From positions 1 through 42,520 of the forward strand of contig JALDZS010000196.1 of assembly GCA_022813965.1 (NCBI GenBank): DNA of 42,520 nt. Direction: 5' to 3'. A program made the position numbers and the translations under genes. How positions within the stretch are numbered: position 1 is the stretch's first letter; each line of letters begins with the position of its first letter. A model generated the notes under the pieces. It saw only the letters and a program-made list of their open reading frames with translations. It did no database searches and was not told the origin of the DNA. Shown here one piece after another: positions 1 to 11,584 of the stretch. The DNA comes from Toensbergia leucococca. Its lineage: Eukaryota.

Positions 1-593
1 CCATTTTAAAGCTCAATGAATCGGAACCTTGTTCATCCGAGCCAAGTCCTGCTGCGAAAACCTCTGCTGTGCAAAGAGGATGCTTGGTTGATGGTAATAC
101 TGTAACTTCTTGAATACTCCTCCTGGAAGAAAAGAAAAATCATCGCTCATACTTGATTTGATCGGATTTCACTTTCACTCGCGGCTGTTGAGCTGTTCAA
201 TGCTAGAATAATGACGCCCTTCTGTATTCACATTTGGACGAAAACACTCCCATATATTTCCATACCTCACTGTTCCCTACCACTTTATACACCTCTCATG
301 TGAATTCCAGGTATTCCACACAAATGCATTGTGACTCATCAATCCCATTGCTCCCCTTCCCATCTCTTAGTCCTGATCAAGAAAATAATGCTTCTTCGCC
401 AGTGAGTAACGATCCAGCATAGTCTGTCGAGCAAACCACCTCGAACCAACCTCCAGCCCTTGAAAAGTTCAATCTCAATTGATTTAAAAATCACTTTTTC
501 CCATCCGCCACAGCAATCGCTCGCATTCTCCTCTCCATAAGAAAGATCCTCTCCATAAGAAAGAAACAATTCAAAAGGCACATTCCCCACCTC

Positions 594-1412
594 TCATAGC
601 TCGAAAGACCCTAGAAACAGATTCCCGGCACCGACCCCAGGATCCAACGCCACATCCACACTCACACTCTGCGTCCCATCCGGCACCGGATCCATACTCA
701 CCCCGGCACACTCCGTACACGACCCCAGTCCACCCGGCAGCGTCTGCCACAAGATATTCCCATGTACATTGACCGCTTTCAGCGCCTGAACCCGCAAGCT
801 GGACGCATTGAGCGACTGCGCCGTATCCGCACCCGTGAGCACAGCTTCCAGTGCGTACTGCGAGGATCCCGCCGCGCTCGTGGCAGGTAATCCAACCTGA
901 GATGCCCCCGCCGAAACATCCTGAGTCTTCTTGTCCTCGTTGCCCGAAACCATGTACCGAACCATTTCGTCTAGCCCGACGCAGGTGACGGCACTGCCCG
1001 CCGGATACGCGTTGTGGACGGAGACGCAAACTTCATCTGCTGCGCAATTGTTGTCGATTGCCATCAAGCGAGGAATGCCGGATTCGCGGCTCCAGCGGCC
1101 GGCGATGGTGCATATGAGGCGGAAGGCTTGCGGGCTGATAGCTCGGCGGCAGAAGGAGTAGTCAACTGCGTAGCCGTTGGGGCAAGTGAATATGGGGCGA
1201 AGTGGTGTTCGTTTTTGATGGTGAGTAGGGGTGAGGGTGGTTGTTGATGAGGAGGTGAAACTGTTGTTGGAGGAGATGATGCGGATTGCGATTGGGTTGG
1301 TCGTGGGGTGAAGATGCGGTTCAACGCTTGCGGTAACGATCAGAATTGTCTTGAAGGCTAGGATGAATAGTAGGACGGTAAGGCGGATTGGGAAAGGCAT
1401 ACTCTTCATCAT
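594..1412 (-). CDS. Secreted cysteine-rich protein of unknown function (effector-like), 272 aa
   Basis: Intronless ORF. Hydrophobic N-terminus (IRLTVLLFILAFKTILIVTAS), S/T/H-rich pro-region ending in a KR (Kex2-type) site, then a mature domain with 8 Cys. Confidence 0.75.
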   Translation of the reverse strand: MMKSMPFPIRLTVLLFILAFKTILIVTASVEPHLHPTTNPIAIRIISSNNSFTSSSTTTLTPTHHQKRTPLRPIFTCPNGYAVDYSFCRRAISPQAFRLICTIAGRWSRESGIPRLMAIDNNCAADEVCVSVHNAYPAGSAVTCVGLDEMVRYMVSGNEDKKTQDVSAGASQVGLPATSAAGSSQYALEAVLTGADTAQSLNASSLRVQALKAVNVHGNILWQTLPGGLGSCTECAGVSMDPVPDGTQSVSVDVALDPGVGAGNLFLGSFEL

Positions 1413-2202
1413 ACAGCCTGCCCTCTCTGCCCTCTCTGCCCTCTCTGATAACGCACTAGAGCGAGGAGAGAGAACGCAATAGGGAGAAAGAAAGAGGTGG
1501 GTGAACGTGGAAAGACAGTGAGTGTTTCACGAGATTTTGGCAAGAAGAAGTAAATTCATAAGTGCGTTTTGGGATGGGGATGTAGATGAATTCATATGTG
1601 CGCCTGTACTCATCTTTGCAAAAGCGCACATATGAGTGAATTGAACACTCTACCGTCAAAAGTACACCTCACTGCTCGGAAGCTTTTGAGTTGACGATAT
1701 AGCATTGTCAAGGCTCTTTGATTGTACTTATGATATGATCGTTGAGACGACAATCTCTTCCCATGTGTAGAACTCCTGAGCATCGCTCAAACGTGTACGA
1801 CAGCGACGGATTTCACTCACTGTCCATTGGTCTCTTTGAGTCAAAGATCAAACAAGTCTAGCTATGACGCTACCTTAGGAATGCAATAGAGCTTGTAGAG
1901 ATGGAGATAGCTTATGATACCCCGTTCTCTTGACCATACCAAGGATAAATCATATTAGCGACATGGCCTACGAAGGGCTTGGATTGCATCATCTGCGTAA
2001 AAAATGGTGATTACAATGCGTATAAATGTGGTTCTACTTACAATTTGTGGGTGGGCGGATCGTGCCAGCTGACGTGTAAAGACAAGAAGTATCAGCCTAG
2101 GTGCTGAGTCCATGAAAAGAGAAGGGAAGCCAACAATGCTTTGTATGTGCTCGATTCGATTCCCACCAATTAACACAAGCAACAAGTGTTCGGTTTTGTC
2201 CT

Positions 2203-3977
2203 TCAAAAAGGAACGGGGAGGTTCCGCTCCTTGTAGCCACGCCAAGTAGGCAGACTTCGCTTCTGTGAAGTACCTGAAGTAATCTGCAAGTCCTCAATGG
2301 CTGAAGCGTACTTGATCAATGTTGCCTCTGAAAATGTTGTGCCCATCAGACCAAGACCAAAGGGCATCCCGCTTTCAGGAGTCACACCTGCAGGCAGATT
2401 GATGAAGGGGTATCCAGCTTGCGCGGCCACTTGAGCTGCCTGTGCAACCTCTGTCGGAACGAGAAGAGCGTCGAGCTGCGAATCGTTGCGGTTGAGAGCA
2501 GCGTCGATTCCATCCTCCCTTGTTGCTCTTCGACAGAAGTTGAGAGCCGACCAGTACGTCTCATTCTGCACACCGTTGGTCTCAAGCGAATCAAGAAATC
2601 CGTCCTGGCCACTGGCGAAAGCAGGGGTGGCGCCAGGGCTACCACCTTCAGTTCCGTTGTTGTTGTAATCATATTGGACAACATCCTCGAGACTCTTCAC
2701 GTCAGTATTGTTGAGCTGAGAAAGATAGGCCTTAATGTTGTTGTAAAAGTCAACCTTGACGTAAGTGTACTCGGACTCGTTGGAATATCCGCGTTTAGTA
2801 CCATAGTCCCAGTCCCATCCATCCGGACTAACAACCAGCTCACGGGTTGGGATCTCGGTATCGTTATAGACTTTAGCACCAGCTTCTGTAATCAGGCGGA
2901 TGATCTCTCCAAGCTGCTCCTGCTGTGTAGTAGGTGCCAGAGTCCAGAAAGACTCCCAAGGGATGCCAAATTGAGCTCCTCTGAGAGCAGAATTGTTGGC
3001 AAGGTACTGAGAGTAGCCACCATCCTGCTTGGATGGAGTCTTGCCGTTCTGTGCTGAAGTGGCATTGTCTTGGCTATCGATACCATAGATGGCATCCAAG
3101 ACGTAGACCGCATCGCGTACCGTCCTGGCGTGTACGCCTACAGTGTCCTGGTTGAGTGACTCGGGAACCACCATGTCACGAGAGGTGAGTCCCACAGTGG
3201 GCTTGATGCCGACGACGCTGTTTCGACTGGCAGGATTGACGATAGATCCATCTGTCTCTGTGCCGATAGCAAAGGCAATCATGTTCGTAGCGACAGCAAC
3301 ACCGCTACCAGTGGAGCTGCCACCAGGGTTGACGGTCAAATTGTAGGAGCAGCGTGCCTGACCTCCACGAGCAGAGTAGCCCTCAGAATAGTCGCTCGAC
3401 CGCATGTCGGCCCACTCACTAAGCGTAGCCTTGCCAAGAAGGAGTGCTCCGGCCTTTCTCAGCTGATAAACAACATGGGAGTCATGAGGCAGCACAGAGC
3501 CGAGCAAGGACCAAGATCCGGCTGTGGTCTCAAGTCTGTCTTTGTTACCGATGTTGTCCTTGACGATGAATGGGATACCGTGCAATGGTCCACGGACTCT
3601 GCCCGACTGGCGTTCCTCGTCAAGCTTGTCTGCAATCACCATCCAGTCAGGGTTGATCTCCATGATGGCGTTGACGTAGTTGTCCACCTGCTGAATCCGG
3701 TGGAGATAGCAGGAAGCAATCTTCTGAGCGTTCAGTTGTCCATTCTCTTGGAGCCTCGAAAGTTGATCTATGGTGATTTCCTCAAAGACGACGCCAAAGC
3801 ATTCAGCCATAGGAAACAGTTTTGCCCATTCTCACCATTAACGGGAAATTGGTCATTGTAGGGATTGTAGAGGATCTGACTTTCAACCAAGCCGTCTGCT
3901 GAGGGCCCAGCAGCTTGAGCTACTGCAATGCCTGCCAAGGTATTAAGGGCGAGGATGGGTGTGCTCCAGATCATCAT
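2203..3977 (-). CDS. Secreted amidase-signature family enzyme; one apparent 1-bp frameshift near 3820-3823
   Basis: Motifs GPLHGIPFIVKDNI, GGSSTGS and GTETDGSI (Ser-cisSer-Lys triad) in ORF 2203..3810. The signal peptide (MMIWSTPILALNTLAGIAVAQA) is in ORF 3768..3977 in another frame, with no usable intron between them. Confidence 0.9.
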
Positions 3978-4835
3978 AGTGATGATGACTCTACAGAGAC
4001 GTGGGAACTCACAAGATTGGGACAGAGTGACTGTTGAAAGTAGGTAGCTTTGTTCTCGTTGCCTACCTTATGAAGGTACATACGATGAATGGAAGCCAGG
4101 AATAGGTTGCGAAGCGATCAAATACATTGTCGTCTTCATCGAGTCTACCACTAAACCTTAAGACCCGTTTGCAGCCGCTTAGGGCTACTACCGACAAATT
4201 GTAGGTAATGAAAGAATGAAACATGAGAGATGATAATAAGAGAACCTTCACATATTGACCCCCTTGCCAATGGTCAAAGTACTTGGATCACATGACAGAA
4301 GTTCACAGGCCATCAGCTTCACGGTGTAATTATGCTAATGAGAACAAAAAAGATAGGTAGGCCTGAAAAACATTTCATTCAGCCGGAGAGTCCCCGTCAT
4401 AGGTGGGGACTTCAGGTGCGGCAGGGGTATTTTGATACTGAGGCATGTCTATCTGACTTGCCCTAATCACTCACAATTAAGGGGGAGGTATGTTGAGGGG
4501 GAGGTGATTTTAAAGAACTACTAAACACACCCAATTTGGTACGAGTGGTCAGAATTGCAAATAATATGGTACGAAAAAGGCTCCTCGGGCCATTCGGAGC
4601 CGTACAGATCCGGTAAAAAGTGCTAGGCAATGATTTCTGTTGACATGTGGAGTGTGAACCCTGAACGTTCGAGGTCAACGCCTACTTAGAGGCTTTGATC
4701 CGTATTTGGCCTTCTGGCGTCGGTGAGGTACACGTTCATCATCATGAAAGTCTTCAATGAATGCAGATCGCGCCTACGCCTGCCACACGAAAAGCGCCGC
4801 AACGGGCCGTTAGATTACACGACGCCATAAATACA

Positions 4836-5214
4836 AGGAATTGATACCAGGACACCCCCTTTTGATACAAGGATGCCACCTCCCCAACCAACTAGTGGCC
4901 GGGCGCAAAACCACCGAGGGAAATTTTATCATTCTGCACCACAATTTGCGTCGATTCCCCACCACATTTGCATGCCTTATACCTCATGATTCCGCGTGCC
5001 ATCTATCACCTTCACTGCAGTCCTACGGGAGCCCGTGGTGTGAGAGAACAACAGGCCTTTGATAGGGGTACACAGCGTGAACTTTCTAAATCTGAATGAA
5101 TAGAAGGCCAGGGTAGGCAAAGGATCTAGAGGGGGATAAGGACCTAGAAGAGGGGGGTGGGGAGGGAGGGGGGGTGTCCTTGTATCAAAAGGGGGTGTCC
5201 TGGTATCAATTGCC
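4836..5214. mobile_element. Non-autonomous TIR DNA transposon (MITE), 379 bp, 8-bp TSD
   Basis: Left AATTGATACCAGGACACCCCCTTTTGATACAAGGA is the exact reverse complement of right TCCTTGTATCAAAAGGGGGTGTCCTGGTATCAATT. Flanked by direct repeat TAAATACA (4828-4835 and 5215-5222). No transposase ORF. Confidence 0.92.
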
Positions 5215-5749
5215 TAAATACATTGGCATTTCGTTCGTACCTACCTTACGGAGTTCAGAGTCAGCTGTTTGGGATTTCGGTTACGCTGTGAATCTTTTAC
5301 GGTGCCGACTCTTGTGGTTGATGAAAATTGAAGGAGTCGGGTGGAAGAGATTTTTCGCATGTAATGAACCTAAGTCTTTGTCTGCCCCGAATCATGTCAG
5401 ATGCGTCATGAGGGAATATATTCTAGGGTACCATCTTGAGATGATATCGGTAGTTTTTCTGTCTTTTATTGCAAAGAACCATTCCAATTGTAGGTATGCT
5501 ACTTTCATTTCGTACTGGGGAGGCTTCTGCAAACTGTTCTACGAGTAATGAGTCCAGTCGGATGAATGTCCTCTTGGTCACAGCGAAGATCTACCATGTC
5601 ATCAATTTTTCATAATCTGAACCTGAAATGCGCATCTCCCAGAGCTAGAGTTATTGAGAAAAATCACCGTCATTGAACCAAGAGAAATTTGTTGCTCTAG
5701 GAAAAGTCTCTCCGTGATTGATCGCCATCTTCACCCAGGCGCTATGCTT

Positions 5750-8700
5750 CTACCTCTCCTGCCCTCCGGCTATTTGCTTCATCTCGAACATCTGGCGCTG
5801 CTTTGAAAGTAGCTTGTGGAATGTTCTGGTCCTATCCACAATCTTGTCTAGATACTCAGTGTTCAGCTTATCTTTTTTCGCGCGAGCCAATCCCAGCGCC
5901 GAAGAAACCACATTGCGAATCTGGCGGCCGTTGAAATCAGAGTTCCTGCTTTGTACATTGACCCACTCGGATAGTGCTTTCCAATCTGCAATATTGCCGT
6001 CGTCCTTGACTTGTTGGAGGAAGGTGAGGTAGATATCTCGGGTTTGAGTGGGGTCTAAATTGTCGTATCTAATAGCTACGTGGACTCGAGATTGGACGGC
6101 GACATCGAAGGAATTGATCCGGTTGGTTGTAAGAATGAGAATCCCTTCGTAATACTCCAGTACTCGGAGAAGAACTACGAGCCTGAGCGTTAATCTCACA
6201 CAATCATATTTCGAAGACCCCCAGTCATAACTTAAAACCTCTTGAAAAAGGACGACGGGTCTTCGTACCTGAGACAAGAGCATTTTTCTCTAGATTGGTC
6301 TCTCCTTGGCCCCGGCTATTAAGAAACACATCCGCCTCGTCACTAAAAGTCATCGTTGTCAGAAATAATTTCGAGATGATTCATTTTAGAAAAATAGATC
6401 CTTACATGAGCATTACTGCTTCCCACTCGGTGGCAAGATCGAAGAATCTACGAAGGTTCCTCTCTGCTTTGTGAGGCCTTGTGCCAATGTCTGCAACACC
6501 AACAGAGAAAAGAGGCTTTCCAGTAGATATAGCAACGCTTTCGGCCTGATTTCCGGATAGATCAGCGACTAGACCATTGCTGAACTATGGAAGTGCAAGA
6601 GCTCTATATACCGTAAGTGTTTTACCTACACCTGTCCTCAAGATAGATTGCATTAGTTGACATGGAGCGGTGCACTGAAAACAGTATTTGTGACTTGCCT
6701 GGTGGCCCTGCAGATCGCTTTAGTAGTCGCAGTTGGTTCGGGGCGTAACATCGGCTCACCGTGAAGAAGTATCACAAGTCCTTTGCCCTTGTCATCCACA
6801 AGATCGTCCAAGCCATTTTGAGCTCCCTTACCATCCCTTCTTTTACCATGCTCATGGTTGACAATAAGGTCCTTGATAAGCGCTTTTGTATCCTGATCTA
6901 AAGAGAGCTTCTGGTCATATGCGTCACTAGCTGGGTCCACCTTGATCCTTTTCACCAAATCAACCTGCAATTGGGCCCAGAAACCGTCGCGCATTGAGTA
7001 CCCTAGCACTCTCGGCGAGCAAATCAAAAACTGGACCTCTTCCCATTCTTCAGGCTCGACATCTGCCGTGACTTGGTCATAATCGAATTTCAGTCTCTGG
7101 CTTAGCGCCGTGTTATTTTGACATGAAGAGCATCCGCATTCACGCTCTCGTTGAGATATCTCTCTCGTGCCTAACAACGGTGGGGCCAAACTATATCGAA
7201 AATACGCTTCGTAGTCAACCATAACGTTTCCTTTAACCTAGACAATATAAAATCAACAATCCTTTTCCTACTGCATCACTCCAACTTACTTGACTTCTTT
7301 TTGGTGCAACAACCGTGCGCTGTGGGCTGTCGCGATTATCGTACGCCATATCATCATCGGCTGTCTTTGTACATTGTATGAGCAAGGGATAGTTCCGCGA
7401 GACATTTGGACTTACGTGGCCATCAGACATGTCTTCGTCTACGTTATCCGTTACAGATAGGCCTTTACCACGTGATAGCGCAACTCCAGTATAATTGAAC
7501 GTCCTAGAGCCTCGTTTAGTGGTGCAGATTTCCCGGAAGCGTCGACCTCGATCTAATAACTTCTTTTTCAAGCTCTCCTCCCATGTGCGACCTTCTTTGT
7601 CATGATAGTACTTGACTGGGTATACAGGCAAGGCATTTATGGCTAAGGACCCAATGAAAGGATCGATATCTAATTCGAACGCCTTTCGTTCGAAAACGGT
7701 GCCGTCCCACTCGTAAGACCAGCATATTAGGGTCCAAGAAGAAGACTTCTTTCGCCTCGGTCCAGATATAGGCCAAATATAGACGTAGTCTTGGACCAGA
7801 AACAACTGGTCAAGATTGAGGAACGGACGAGAATAGACAAGCTCTCCAGGAGGGAAAATAGTCCACAATGTGTCGTACGTGATCGTGCCGCTTTGACGAT
7901 TGGCTTCCCGGGTCTCGAAATAAGAATTGAGCCTTTCATCTCCAGAATTAGTGGCGATAATGTTCATAAGTATTTTGAGGTCTTCACGAGTCTGCTTTTC
8001 ATCTTCATCACCATCTTCCCTTTTGACCTCCTCACTTAATAAATCCCAATTGAGAACCAGCGGCTCGAAAGGCTCGTCCAGAATACCATCATCCCAGATA
8101 TGGCTGTTGTAATGTGCAATCAACCTCCTCAATAGTGAGAGTAGCTCGGAGCCGAATGTAATATCCGCTCGTGTCTGAGAGCGCCCCCTTGCTACATACT
8201 TTCGATATGTAAAAGCTTGTTGGTCCTTTGACACGTTTTCCTCAGTCTTGCTTTCTACTTTAGAGGCTTCTGGTTTAACGTCGTATGTGGCAGTATTTGG
8301 ATCCCATTTCCATAGATTAATTGAATATCGAGAAGGTGGACCTTTGGGGTTAGTGCTGTCGCCACTTTCACCATCATTTTTGTCTCCCTCTCGGTCTTCG
8401 TCTTGATCCCCGTCATTCCTGTCCTTCAAGGGTCAAGCGAGCACGAGAAATACTGATGAAGTGATATACCTTCAGATCTTCAGCATCTGAGTCTTCACTA
8501 ATATCCTCCGCCTCTCCACCCAGGTTCGTTCCTTCTACTACATCAATTGAGTCCTGGACAAATATTCAGCTCAACCAGTGATTCCTAGGTCAAGATACGC
8601 CAAGGGCTGACTGATGGTATCATTTTCCTCTCACGCACGTAAGTCTCGAGGTCTAATATCCTTTTCTCCAGCTTTTGGATTTCGGATCCAGCCACGGAAA

Positions 8701-8844
8701 AGCTTACTTCTGGGGCTGCCTGGACCGGTAATTAGCATCAAAGCTTTTGGTGGAGCTTGTGGAATTATCAGAAGGTAGGCACACAACAAGAGATCTCTCC
8801 GAGGCTGAGAAAGAAGCTATGGCAGCTTGCTCTGTCAGTGACAT
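5750..8844 (-). CDS. Fungal AAA+ ATPase with long N-terminal region (DUF7025-type architecture), about 10 introns
   Basis: Spliced reading gives KGLVILLHGPPGVGKTLTAESVA (Walker A), MLIDEADVFL (Walker B), LEYYEGILILTTNR, AVQSRVH (Arg finger) and NGRQIRN. N-terminal ITYDTLWTIFPPGELV. ATG at 8844 and the first exons are less certain. Confidence 0.88.
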
Positions 8845-9526
8845 GTTCAAAGGTCAACCTAGCCAGCGACTGAACGGTACAGGGCTGCTGTATTGTTCGA
8901 GTATTTTTTCCGAAATAGAAAGATGTTCTGAGCACTTAGTCGTTCTTATCAAGGAAACAGAGCTTTTTCTTATGTCACAAGCTGACAATTTCGTCGACGT
9001 GGCCATTACTTTCGGGGAGTCCGGCCTTCAGCTCATAGCTACCTACCGACCGTATAGAGCACTCCGACACCGAAATTACATGCAACACAGATGTGAAACA
9101 TAACATCCGATGTGACTTGGCGTATGGTATGCTGTGCGACAAGGGAATTTGAGCCCGCGGAAGAGCGATTGGTACAGATTACCTGCCAATACGGCTTGAG
9201 GCTGTCTAGTGTGTCTCTATGGATAAGCTTCGGCGAAATAGTAGGAGGCAATGATCCGAAACGGCGAGGCGCGCTAAATGTATGCATAACTCAATCCGGG
9301 TGAACGGGATCATCCTAAGAAAGAGACAATAGATCCCGAGCATTACGAATTGCTAGGTTATGTGTTCCGCATCTCTTATCATCAAGGATGCCTTTATGAT
9401 ACTGTTACTGAATTAGGAGTTTTGGTAACTCAATGCTCGATTTTATCTGCTCAAGAGCATAGACATACACCTTCGTGATCGCCGTGAAGAATTTGATTCT
9501 TGTTTTTTTATCGAGAGCAATTGTAA

Positions 9527-11440
9527 ATGGCAGAACGAAGGGATAAATGGAATCAGGTACAGGAGCTAGCAGGACAGGAAGGGTGGTTCCCTACCGAAGA
9601 GTCCAAGTAAATAGTATTGCTTGTCCCATCAGAAGTAGAGTTGGATTAACCTGCTTGTAGAATAGACCTGGAAGAGGCGAAAAAAGCCCACGAAGAATTT
9701 CGCCAATGGCTCAAAGATTCACTGTTGAGTCGTTCTGGTCGTGATCTGGAGGCGGCCCAAAAAATCCTCGAGGGTCTTAATCGATCAACCTATGAGACTT
9801 TAGACGCCTCCATGACTTCTTACCTGACCAAGAATGCTCTCGAAACGGCGGGCGAGGCTAGGAACTTTTTGGCCGCGAAAAGATCCACAGGGGTAAAAAC
9901 GCTCAGTGCTGGCTTTCAGTGCGCTGTCCGGTCATTTCGAGATCTACTCTGGAGCTATAGCGGCATTGTCGATATCGCAAGTACAGCAGATCCAATGTAC
10001 GTCGGCGTAGCATACCAGAGTCTATCTGTATTATTTAGTGTAACCCATAGACAGCCTCGGGGAGGGTGTTGAAGCTGATAAGTAATAGGTCTTGGCGAGT
10101 AAGGGAGACCTCGAGGATCGTATCAAAGACATAATTGATGACTTGAAAAACCATCTTCCAGATCTAATGATCTATGAACGAATATACAGAAACGCCCAGC
10201 TCGGGAGAAAGATAGCAGCTGTTTACAGAGGAATTTTGCATTTTTGCATTTTTGCAACTAAGTATTGCATGGCAAAACACGGGTATAGTGAGTTCGTCGT
10301 CTTGGACTTCATAGAGAAAGTCTGATATTGTTTAGTCCGATGGCTGCGTGTTTTGTCCAGGAAAGATGACTTCCAAAGCGTGCAGAGAAACCTTCAGAGA
10401 GATATTCTACCAATAAAATCGCAATGTGAGGTACTGCTAAGCGACACGGTCGACAAGCTCAAACAGGAATTGCATGGTCAGTTCAGCGAGGTTTCCTGCT
10501 TGAAGGACTCAGATATTTTGTGTGTACACATGTACAATTACTAATGAGATGATAGATTCAGCACAGAAGTTGGATAGTAAGTCTAGCATTGTGATTGATG
10601 TAGAAAGCGATACTGACCACGTCTGTTGGACCAGACCTTCAAGCCGGGACCAATGATAAGCGTCTGGTTCAAATTGGGAACCTCCTTGGAGTAAAGCACC
10701 CTCAAGGCGTCGATACAGTCAAATCAATGAAAGAGTACCGTAGCCTCCTGCAAAAGTATATTGTGGACGATGACAAACGAGAGCGATTAGCTTTGGAAGT
10801 CCTGCAAAATACGGCTGAGTACCGTCAGTGGATGAACAGCCAAGACTCTGAGATGCTTATACTGTGCGGTCGTAACGAGGAGTCGACTTGGGAGATAGAG
10901 GACCTGTCATGGCTGTCGCCTGCTGCAATTGACTTTGCGGAACATGTACAGAAACAAGGGACTATTGTGTTGCATTTTCTGTGCCAGGAAAAGCCGCTGT
11001 CGTCGAAGACACCATCGGGTCAGGAAGTCATTTCAAATATGATATACCAGCTGCTGAACAAGGAACCGGGTATACTAGCAGACATAAAAGAGTTCAATGC
11101 ACTGCAATCACAGATGAAACGGCGAGATATGAAGAAATGGGATTTGAGCATGACTGGTGATATCATGATTAAAGCGCTCGAATATCTCCGAGGCAAAGGC
11201 ACGATATATTTGGTCATTGATCGAATGGATCAGTTCAATGAAGAAGAATCTACAAGGGTTGACTCTCTAAGAGAAGTTGTCCGAATAGCAAGGAATTCAG
11301 CATGCACACTCAAGATTCTTACAGTAGTCAACACGCTCTTTTGGCCACTGGAGAAAGCTTGGCGGAGGCTGGAAGCGAGGCGTGATGGAACTCTGGAATA
11401 TATTCGACTTCTTCGTAGGGATCAACAGAGATTAGAATAG
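9527..11440 (+). CDS. Truncated NACHT/STAND-like protein: helical N-terminal domain plus degenerate NTPase lacking Walker A; about 6 introns
   Basis: ATG 9527 (MAERRDKWNQ), intron 9607-9660. SYSGIVDIASTADPMYVGVAYQSLSVLFS resembles fungal NLR N-terminal (DUF7708/Goodbye-like) domains. EYRQWMNSQDSEMLILCG, VLHFLC, VISNMIYQLL, IYLVIDRMD and LKILTV follow NACHT motif order, but there is no GxxGxGK[ST]. Confidence 0.75.
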
Positions 11441-11584
11441 ATAACACCAAGAGAGGTTGAAGCAGAGCATAAGATGGTGGTAGAAGTGGTAGAGTGGTAG
11501 AGTGGTAGCTACAGAGGAAGATTGGAGTTTGGAATCTCGACTCAAGCGCTCGCCTATTAGAATACCAAAATACCGTATTCTATA

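Noticed and set aside
529..564. 18-bp tandem duplication TCCTCTCCATAAGAAAGA, and other short repeats near 1420, 11480, 26255 and 26815
   Set aside because: Ordinary slippage-type repeats with no sign of function.
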